A stretch of 64,000 bases of DNA from a virus (lineage: Duplodnaviria; Heunggongvirae; Uroviricota; Caudoviricetes): positions 1-64,000 of IMG/VR virus record IMGVR_UViG_3300027513_000011; one strand, 5' to 3'. The position numbers were made by a program, and so were the translations under genes. Below, one piece after another: positions 45,891 to 54,000 of the stretch; the first letter of the stretch is position 1, and each line of letters begins with the position of its first letter. The notes under the pieces were generated by a model, which saw only the letters and a program-made list of their open reading frames with translations, made no database searches and was not told where the DNA came from.

Positions 45891-46279
45891 CGGATCTTCC
45901 TCAAGGTCACTGTCGCATGAGAGTTCAGGATCATGTGGTTGCTCAGCACGCCTCCGACCTTGGCCGGGTCTGGACCGTACATGCGTACTCCGCAGGTGTC
46001 GCAGGCAACCTCCCAATCGGCGGTGGAGCGCTTTACTGGGGGCTCGTCAACAAGGCTGGGGTAGCGGACGGGTAGGAGATCCCAGTCAACGAATCTGTCG
46101 ACAATCGACTCGACAAACGCCTGGCACTCCGATGTGCTCCATCCGTCAGGGAGCATCAGTTCGTTGTGGAACCAGAAGTTGTAGTCGGCTTCTCGGGAGG
46201 ACTCTCCGTTCTCGTAACCTGTCTCATAGCAGGCCATACATGGCTTGGGAGGGTTAGTGCAGGTGTGTTCGGGCCTCAT
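45887..46279 (-). CDS. hypothetical Cys-rich protein (130 aa)
   Basis: ORF track. Confidence 0.4.
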   Translation of the reverse strand: MRPEHTCTNPPKPCMACYETGYENGESSREADYNFWFHNELMLPDGWSTSECQAFVESIVDRFVDWDLLPVRYPSLVDEPPVKRSTADWEVACDTCGVRMYGPDPAKVGGVLSNHMILNSHATVTLRKIR

Positions 46280-46734
46280 CAGAAGTCTCCCGAGTATCTA
46301 GCTGGTTGTCTGCTGTTGGTTCGTTCGCGATGGCAGTTGGAGCACACCACTTCACACTTCTCAATCTCTAACAGGATCTTGCTAAACGCCATCTTCCGAC
46401 GACGCATGGTAGATATCGGGTACAACTTTTTGCCTTTCTCGGGTATGTGGTCAAACTCCATGACGTATGGTGGGTACTGAATGCCGCAATCTGAGCAGGG
46501 AACGCCCTTGCGCGAGTTGATGAGATTGTCTAGCCCCCTGCCCCGCTTCCTCGCCAGCTTGAAATACCTTTCCTTGTTCCGTCGATAGTTCTCTCTACCT
46601 ATTTCATTATTGCACGGACGGCAATACCCAGCCCGATGAGCGTATACGGGAGCATCCTCACACCTAGGACATATTCTCTCCACTAAAATGCGCCGTCCGC
46701 GACCTGCAAACACGTCAAGCCCAGCCTGCGCCAC
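46279..46734 (-). CDS. HNH endonuclease with zinc ribbon
   Basis: CPRC..CRPC zinc finger plus EFDHIPEKG...VVCSNCH HNH motif; GTG start. Confidence 0.55.
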   Translation of the reverse strand: MAQAGLDVFAGRGRRILVERICPRCEDAPVYAHRAGYCRPCNNEIGRENYRRNKERYFKLARKRGRGLDNLINSRKGVPCSDCGIQYPPYVMEFDHIPEKGKKLYPISTMRRRKMAFSKILLEIEKCEVVCSNCHRERTNSRQPARYSGDF

Positions 46735-47612
46735 ATGGCTACTACCCTGTCCCTGTCATCAAGCACCCATAGCACGTTGTATCGGTCCCTGATGTGGGTG
46801 TTGAAGATCTCCAGCTTCACCTGATCGTCGGGGCGCTTGTCGTCGGCACGACGCATGAACAAAGCGTCGTAACGTATGCCTTGATTCTTGAGCCATTGCT
46901 CAGTGTCCTCGCGGCATGAATCAGGTCGTCCCGACACGAGCAAGGTGCGAAGGCTTCTTTTCCCCATGCTGCATTCGTTGAAATGAAGATCCAGATAGAT
47001 GATTAGGTCATCTATTGGGGTGTTGAGACTGTCAGTGGAGACAAGGCTGTAGTCATAGGGACTACGGTTGTGTAGCGCCAAGGTACCATCAAGGTCAACG
47101 ATGATGGCCTTGCGTAGTTCCTCGTTGTGGACAACAGGTTCAGGTGTCAGTACCGGGTCAGCCGTCAGGTCAGGTGCAGCCGGCAGTACCCCCGCAGCCT
47201 TGATCCCATACCTTGCCGCCGTGTCCCTGATGAACTTCTCGCCCACGGTAGGGACTCGGCCGATATCTCGGCCCACCAAAACATCAAGGGGCTGCTCGAA
47301 GTCCTCAACCCTCACCGTGGCCCCGTACTTGTGGCCCAGCTTCGCCCACTCGCGAACGTACTTGGACTTCAGGTTCATGGCGTCGGCCACCACTGACCGA
47401 CCCGACTTCAGGGCAGCCTCAGCCATCGCCTTCTCGGCCACGGTGATCGACTTCTCAGCCTCGTAGGTGTAGAAGGGCCGACCATGTAGCGACATGCGGA
47501 GGTCGTCACGGTTGACGCGGATCCTGTGCTCCGGGTCGTCGGCAGCCCAGGACCGTGCCCAGGTGGACTTGCCGGAGGCGGGGAGGCCGCGGGTGATGAT
47601 GAGCTCAAGCAT
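46683..47612 (-). CDS. pnkP: polynucleotide kinase-phosphatase (P-loop kinase plus HAD 3'-phosphatase)
   Basis: P-loop GLPASGKSTWA N-terminal; HAD motif IVDLDGT in C-terminal half. Confidence 0.65.
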   Translation of the reverse strand: MLELIITRGLPASGKSTWARSWAADDPEHRIRVNRDDLRMSLHGRPFYTYEAEKSITVAEKAMAEAALKSGRSVVADAMNLKSKYVREWAKLGHKYGATVRVEDFEQPLDVLVGRDIGRVPTVGEKFIRDTAARYGIKAAGVLPAAPDLTADPVLTPEPVVHNEELRKAIIVDLDGTLALHNRSPYDYSLVSTDSLNTPIDDLIIYLDLHFNECSMGKRSLRTLLVSGRPDSCREDTEQWLKNQGIRYDALFMRRADDKRPDDQVKLEIFNTHIRDRYNVLWVLDDRDRVVAMWRRLGLTCLQVADGAF

Positions 47613-48663
47613 CGGCGCCCCATTTCGGTTTCGCATCTCCGCGCGGTTTCAGATCCTTCAGCGCCAGCATGTAGATGTCGGACAGGCTGGCCCCGTCGTA
47701 GAGCTTGAACAGCAGGTGGCGGCGGGGATGATCCTGCGCGCCGATGGCGAAGGACTTGCGATCAGTGGACATGTACTTGATGCCCTCAAACGCTATCTCG
47801 GCATCAGATACCTGCCTCGACGCCTCAGTATCCAGTTCCAGGGCCACTTGCGTAGCCCATCCGTACAGTTCGTCAGGTAGTTCAGCGGCCTTGGCGTCGA
47901 AGGTGTTGCGATCAGGGTCCATTAGCCACTCCCACACCACCCGCTCGTTGAGCCCGAAGATGATCTTGTGGCGGGCCAGGTAGTCGGCCTGCTTCACCTT
48001 CCACATGTGTTGAGGAGGGCCGCATTCGTAGATGACGTAGCCTTCGGCGTTGGTGCGATCGGGTAGGGCTAAGGCGTCACGCGCCTTCATGTGGATAGGA
48101 TAACTGGGAGATATCCACCCAGTATCTAGGCTCACGCCGGCCAGCAGTTTCAACTCCTCAGTGTCCCCGTAGTCGAGCACGATGCGGTTTTCCGGGTAGA
48201 TGATCTCGAACAGGTAGGTGAGGGCGGGCCGCATGTCCATAGCGGCTCTACCCCAGTGTTCCTTGAAGATCTGCCCCCCTCGCACTGCCTGCTCCGACGT
48301 GAACGATCCCCGTGACGCCATGTGCCACTGGTCCCGGTACCAGAACGCTATCCCGAGGCTCCCGTCGTGCTTGTCGGTCACCCACACGTCCTGATCGGGG
48401 TCGAGCTCAGGCGCGCCGGGTTCGCCCACGTTGAAGAACTTGCGGAAGGGGCGGGCCACAACCTCGCCAGTGTCACGATCAGCTACGAGGCCGCGGCAAG
48501 TCATCGTGGTTTCGTTCCAGTGCCGGGCGTAAACACACTGCTCGGTGTAGTTACAGATGTAGAGGGGTAGGGTTGGATGCTTGGCACATCTAACATTGCC
48601 GGCCTGTACCTCAGCGTCTAGGTCTGGTGCGATATCGAGGACAAACACCATCAGGACTGCCAA
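47605..48663 (-). CDS. RNA ligase (ATP-dependent, nucleotidyltransferase fold)
   Basis: motif I KHDGS, motif IV AEGYVIY, motif V WKVKQ; directly upstream of and overlapping pnkP. Confidence 0.65.
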   Translation of the reverse strand: MAVLMVFVLDIAPDLDAEVQAGNVRCAKHPTLPLYICNYTEQCVYARHWNETTMTCRGLVADRDTGEVVARPFRKFFNVGEPGAPELDPDQDVWVTDKHDGSLGIAFWYRDQWHMASRGSFTSEQAVRGGQIFKEHWGRAAMDMRPALTYLFEIIYPENRIVLDYGDTEELKLLAGVSLDTGWISPSYPIHMKARDALALPDRTNAEGYVIYECGPPQHMWKVKQADYLARHKIIFGLNERVVWEWLMDPDRNTFDAKAAELPDELYGWATQVALELDTEASRQVSDAEIAFEGIKYMSTDRKSFAIGAQDHPRRHLLFKLYDGASLSDIYMLALKDLKPRGDAKPKWGADA

Positions 48664-48826
48664 TCCTTAGCAGCTTCTCGGAGAACGGCAGCCAACATGA
48701 TCGCTGTCACGATGCCAAGGCTGGTACCACCCACGTATAGGTTCTCACCTTCAATGATGTCAGTGATGAAACCGGCCAGTGAGAACCCCCACATACCTCC
48801 GAATATGATTCTCCAGATCAGTCCGC

Positions 48827-49519
48827 TCATCCCATCTCCTCCCTCGTGTCGAACCTTCCGTACTCCTCAGCCTTCTCCACCGACGAGAACACGAACAGCA
48901 CCATCGCGTGCCAGGCCACATGCGAGACATGAGGCAGGCCGCTATCCGGGTCCAGATCCTCGCCTTGAAGGAACGCCGACAGGTGCCGCATCAGGGCCGC
49001 GTAGGACAGCGACCAGTCGTAGCCTCTTCGCCAGTTGTTGTCACCGTAGATGCCGGCGCCGAACCCGCAAACCTCGGCCAGTGCCCATAGGAACCGCTGG
49101 TCGATGAGGTCGAAGCGAGCTGACTTGGTGCCCTTTTTACCCCCGGTGTCGGAGGTAACGATGTCGCGCTTGGCCTTTTCGTAAGCCTCGCGGTACTCGG
49201 GGTTATCGAGGCGTTGATTTAGATACCTCTCTGCCCCTGTTTCCTCACAGGCTTCACCGTATCCACATTCACATTTCCATGTTGCTTCGACCTCGATTGG
49301 GGATACGGGTTCACAGTTGGGTGGATCTGCTAGGCACCCGATTGCCTCACCGGTCCAACTGGTGTGCAGCATCTCCTGAGGCACCATTTCAGTTTCCCCA
49401 TCCAGCGTGTTGATGAACTTGCGGCGAGTCTCGTTACGGGGCTTGCAGTACTGGCACCGACAGTCCATGTTGAAATTGTGTTCCCCCATGACGTGGTGCC
49501 ACCATGCCTCCTCGGTCAC
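48827..49519 (-). CDS. hypothetical protein with conserved phage C-terminal domain (230 aa)
   Basis: N-terminal Cys-rich region; C-terminal RFDLIDQRFLWALAEVCGFGAGIYGDNNWRRG domain. Confidence 0.45.
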   Translation of the reverse strand: MTEEAWWHHVMGEHNFNMDCRCQYCKPRNETRRKFINTLDGETEMVPQEMLHTSWTGEAIGCLADPPNCEPVSPIEVEATWKCECGYGEACEETGAERYLNQRLDNPEYREAYEKAKRDIVTSDTGGKKGTKSARFDLIDQRFLWALAEVCGFGAGIYGDNNWRRGYDWSLSYAALMRHLSAFLQGEDLDPDSGLPHVSHVAWHAMVLFVFSSVEKAEEYGRFDTREEMG

Positions 49520-50097
49520 GGTGCCACCAGCTCAACGAACTCGTCCCATCCGCGCACCACCTGATACCTCTCGTCCCTCTCCATGATCTCGAACGCTCCC
49601 CAGTTATGCGCCTGGCCGAACAGCACCCCGTTTCTATGCTCCCTCACGTTGTCGGGCCTGTCGTCAAGCAACCACAGCCCATCAGTGTTCTTCTTGTCGC
49701 CCTTGCCCTGGAACCAGATCGAGTGGTACGGGATCTTCCATTCCTCCAACCAGGCCGACGTGTTGGCGATGATCTGGGCGTGGAACATGGGCCAGCCCAA
49801 TCGCTGGGTCACGATCCTGATGCGGTAGCCGGCCTCATCGAGCCTGCCCATACCCTCCACGGATCCGTCGATTGGGAACCCTTCGCGGAAGATGTACTCA
49901 GCCGCCAGTCCTTTCTGCACCCAGCCATTGAACTCGGCATCCGACATGTTCCAGTCCACAGTCGGGAAGTTCCAAGTGGTGGCCTGACGCGGGTACCTCT
50001 TGAACGAGTCGTGAAAGATGAAGTCGGACACGACCTCGGAGAACACGGGGTACACCACGCCGTCAAGGTCGATGTCGATAGTGGGTCGGTCAGTCAC
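49516..50097 (-). CDS. HAD-family 5'(3')-deoxyribonucleotidase
   Basis: DIDLDGVV HAD motif I at N-terminus and overall NT5C-like layout; GTG start overlapping upstream stop. Confidence 0.6.
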   Translation of the reverse strand: MTDRPTIDIDLDGVVYPVFSEVVSDFIFHDSFKRYPRQATTWNFPTVDWNMSDAEFNGWVQKGLAAEYIFREGFPIDGSVEGMGRLDEAGYRIRIVTQRLGWPMFHAQIIANTSAWLEEWKIPYHSIWFQGKGDKKNTDGLWLLDDRPDNVREHRNGVLFGQAHNWGAFEIMERDERYQVVRGWDEFVELVAP

Positions 50098-50269
50098 GGA
50101 GCTCCTTCTTGACCTCTACAGAAGCCCACCATGCGCCGGTAGCAGTGTAAACCCTGATATCACCTACAGTCTCCCACCCGAACCACGCGCCACCTAAACT
50201 GTTCCGAAGCCTTCGGATAGCCTCATCCTTTGTGCCGGCGCTGGATTCTGCATTTGCTGTAACCTTCAT
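50090..50269 (-). CDS. small hypothetical protein (59 aa), first gene of leftward island operon
   Basis: ATG with AGGAGAAGGG RBS 6 nt upstream; stop overlaps GTG start of next gene (GTGACTGA); below ORF-track cutoff. Confidence 0.4.
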   Translation of the reverse strand: MKVTANAESSAGTKDEAIRRLRNSLGGAWFGWETVGDIRVYTATGAWWASVEVKKELRD

Positions 50270-50295
50270 GCCCTTCTCCTGTCGCTCGTCACAAC

Positions 50296-50324
50296 AGCGT
50301 ACTACACCGTGGCGGGAGTGTCAA
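50296..50324 (-). promoter_or_regulatory. promoter TTGACA-N17-TACGCT for leftward island operon
   Basis: hexamers read on minus strand ~20 nt upstream of RBS. Confidence 0.4.
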
Positions 50325-50533
50325 GAACGCGACTCACCCCCCGCGCAGATCAAACGGGGGGTGAGTGCGGTGCGGCCGTCTTGCGAGGGCTGCGATATAG
50401 CGGCTCAAGGAGGCGACTGGTCGTTACATGCCTCTGCTAGCGAGGCCCCCAGCCGTCTGAACTTGTTGACCGCTAAGACCACTTTATCACAACCGCTTGC
50501 ATTCTGTCAAGAGGACATGTAACGTTACCTGTC

Positions 50534-51031
50534 GTGATTGAAACTGATACAACAATGCCGGTCAATGTCCAAGACTATTCAACGATAGATACTGATTGCA
50601 CCGGCATCCACGAGGAGCCGGTTACCATCACCCCAGGGTGGCGGAACCGAGCTATCTGCTCTGAGGAAACCTACGACCAGTTCTCGTGGTGTGGGGAGAG
50701 GGCCAAGTCCAGGCCCTACGAGAAGGCTATCTGCTGGGAGGAGTGCCCTGTCCGTAAGGAATGTCTCACCGAGGCGATAGTCCAGATGGAGAAGCACTGC
50801 ATCTACGGGGGTTACAACTTCGGACAGCGGAGACTCATCTGGCGTAGGTGGAAGGATGCCGGCACTCTCCCTGACGTGGAGCGCACCTATGTGAACGCCG
50901 AAGAGATGTGGCGTTTGGCTACCGAGTCCTCGACCTCGCGTTATGCCGAAACAGTCAAGCCCGCCCTTGATTACGAATACGACGAGCCCAGCGAGCGACA
51001 ACTCCGGGCCATAGAGGACGAATCCTCATAA
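50534..51031 (+). CDS. whiB: WhiB-family Fe-S transcription regulator
   Basis: four Cys including CWEECPVRKECL (CxxCxxxxxC) as in WhiB/Wbl. Confidence 0.55.
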   Translation: MIETDTTMPVNVQDYSTIDTDCTGIHEEPVTITPGWRNRAICSEETYDQFSWCGERAKSRPYEKAICWEECPVRKECLTEAIVQMEKHCIYGGYNFGQRRLIWRRWKDAGTLPDVERTYVNAEEMWRLATESSTSRYAETVKPALDYEYDEPSERQLRAIEDESS

Positions 51032-51060
51032 CCGCGGCGCCCACCAACTAGCATCCGATT

Positions 51061-54000
51061 ATGGCGAATCAGAACTTCCGCGTCGGGGTGTCCGCCGACG
51101 TTACTGCTGCGCGCACTGCCCTCCGTCGCCTTGAAGCAGATTTCAAGGACATCAAGATCGACTTCAACTCGGGCACCGTCGCCGTCGAGTTGCAGAAGGT
51201 AGAGCGGGCCATCAATGGGGTGGACAAGTCCTTCGGCACCCTGAACTCGAAGCTCACCAACCTCGCTGAGCGTTTCCGCACCTTGGACCGTGCCGCCGAT
51301 CCGGTTAACACCAAGCTGCGTGATATCAAATCAGTTATCAATGACTTCGATACCGACGCTGACCGTGCCGCCGACAACATGCAGCAGTTGGCTCGTGCCA
51401 TTGTCGCCGTTGACCGTGCCCTCAACAAACTAGAGCCGCAACGCAGGGAGGAGCAGTTCGAGTCATTTGCCCGCGGGGTGGAGCGCCTGCGCCGGGCCTT
51501 CGCTACCACTGACGACGATGCTGCCAAGTTGTCCCGCGAGATCCGCGACCTGGCCGACGCTGCCCGTACCGCTGACCGCGCTACCGACAACCTCGGACGC
51601 TCGGTTCGCCGTGTCCGAACCACCGCTATCGGGCCGGCCGGACTCGCTTCTCGCTCTGGTGGTTCCCCGTTTGGGTTCATCGGTGCCTCCGGTCCCCTCG
51701 GGTTCCTCGGCATCGGTGGTGTGGGTGCTGGCGCTGCCATCGGGGCCGGCGTCATCGCAGGTATCTCGGCCCTCGCCTTCGGGATAGCGACGGCAACAGG
51801 GGCCACGGTTAGGTTCGTCGCTGCTACCTCTCAACTCTCCGCGGAGTTCGACCGCCTGATCCGTACCGCCAACGTGCTCGCGGGTGGTGACGCTCTCGGG
51901 GTGTTCTCCGAGGCGGCTCTCCGCGAAGGTGCCCGTACCATCTTCACCGCCTCTGAGGCTGCCGAAGCCCTCGGTGAACTGGCCCGAGCCGGCTTCGATG
52001 TCGAGGAAGCCATCGGTGCCCTGCCCGGTGTCCTCGACCTGGCGGCTATCGAACAGACAGACCTCGCGGCCACATCTCTCATCGTGGCACGGACTCTCCG
52101 TGCCTTCCAACTTGACGCCTCGGCTGCCGGTGTGGTCGCTGACGTGCTCGCGGAAACCTCCGCCGCGTCCGCTACCTCAGTCACCGAGCTCTCCAACGGA
52201 CTCAAGTTCGTGGCCCCGATCGCCTCTCAGCTCAATATCCCTCTGCAGGAGGTCGCCGCCGCTATGGGTGTCCTCGGGGACAACGGCATTGTCGCCACCA
52301 TCGCGGGTACCAACCTGCGCTTCGCTCTCAACTCTCTCCTGGCGCCCACCGCTCCCGCCGCTGCCGCTATGGAGGAGCTGGCCCTGGTCACCACTGACGC
52401 GGCGGGCAACTTCGTCGGCCTCGAAGCCATCATCAACCAGCTTGCTGATGCCCAAGAGCGGATCGGGAACACCGCCCGCTTCAACGCCCTGATAGTCGAG
52501 GCGTTCGGTACCCGTGCCGCTGGCGCCATCCTCACTCTGGTCGAGAACTCGGAACTTCTGAACACCCGCATCGGTGAGAACTTCCGGGCCTTCGGGCGCG
52601 CCGCAGAGATTGCTCAGGAGCAGTTGGCGGGCCTCGAAGGTGCCTTGGAGAGGTTGCGCGGTGAGTTCGAGGCGCAGCAGATCACATCGTTCCGGCTCAC
52701 CGGGCTACAGGATTCGCTCACCGCTGCCGTGGCTGCCGCCGAGGATGCGTTGCCCGCCCTGTTCGAGTCCATCGTGGATCCCATATTCAACGAGATCGCC
52801 ATTGGGGTGAGCCTGCTGCGAACCGAAGTGTTCCCCAGCATCCTCGACGCGGCCCCCGAGTTCGGCGAGATCTTCGGGGACACGATTGCCTCAGTGTTCA
52901 ACTTCATCACCACCAACGACGACTTCGTTATCGAGTCCCTTCTCGCTGTGGCTAACGCGGCGCAGGGGATCGTGGACATTTTCATTGGCATCGGGGTAGT
53001 GGCCGAAACGGTGCTCAACCCACTCATCACCCTGTTCAACAACCTCAACGACACTATCCAGGGTGCCGTGGTGGGCGGTGGACTGGGTGCCGGCATCGGT
53101 ACCTTCATCGGTGGGGTCATCGGGCTGGCCGGTGGGCCGATCGGTGCAGGCATTGGAGCGGCCATCGGCGGGAGTGCCGGTGCTCTTCTGGGTAGCCTCG
53201 GTGCTGCCCTCGGTGAGTCCAGTGTTCAGCGCGAGGCCGCTGAGTTCGGTGTGGAGCTCGGTACCAGCATCAATACGGGAATCGCTGACGGGCTCGACAT
53301 TGGTGAAGCCATCGAGCAGGCCCTCCAGACCGTCGAGTTCGGTGTCGATGTCGAAGGGTTTGCCGATGTAGTCAATCTGCAAGCCGACCTTCAGGAGCGT
53401 ATGGATGAGCTTCGTGAGGTCACTTCGGCGGCGACCACATCTATAGGTACCGGCGACCTAGAAACCGCCAAGCGCCTGTTCGACAGCATCGGCATCTCGC
53501 TTGATACGGTGGCTACAAGGTCGGGGGCGATACCGGGGATCACTGACGCCTTCCGCGAAGTGAACACCGAGATGACTCGACTGGCTACCGACGCGGAGGC
53601 CAACGCTGCTCGTATCGCCGCGGTGTTGACTGACCCTGCTGTTGCCAACATCGTTGACCAGGAGATCGCCCGCGCCAACGAGATCGTCGCCAACTTCCAG
53701 TCTCAGGGTGTCAACAACTTCCTGGTTGACTCCGACCGCGCCGCCATCCTTGAGCGCATCATCGAAGGCCATCCGCTCGCCGGGCTGGTCGAAGCCAGGG
53801 GTAGATTTGAGGAGTTTGGTGAAGTGTCGGCCGAGGATGCTGACAGGATCCTGCGCGACTACGCCGATAGTGTCATCAAGTCGGCAGGTAGCCAGGCACA
53901 GCGCATCGCATCGGAGATTGGTCCCCAGATCCTTCAGACCGTGGAGACTCTAGAAGGGTTCGGTGCCGCCATCGCCAAGGTTCTCGCGTCTCTTGGCACC

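Noticed and set aside
51031-51061. Looked for G/GT-type tail assembly chaperone pair with a slippery site upstream of the tape measure gene
   Set aside because: Only whiB precedes the tape measure gene. No overlapping chaperone frames or XXXYYYZ heptamer were found, so none is reported.
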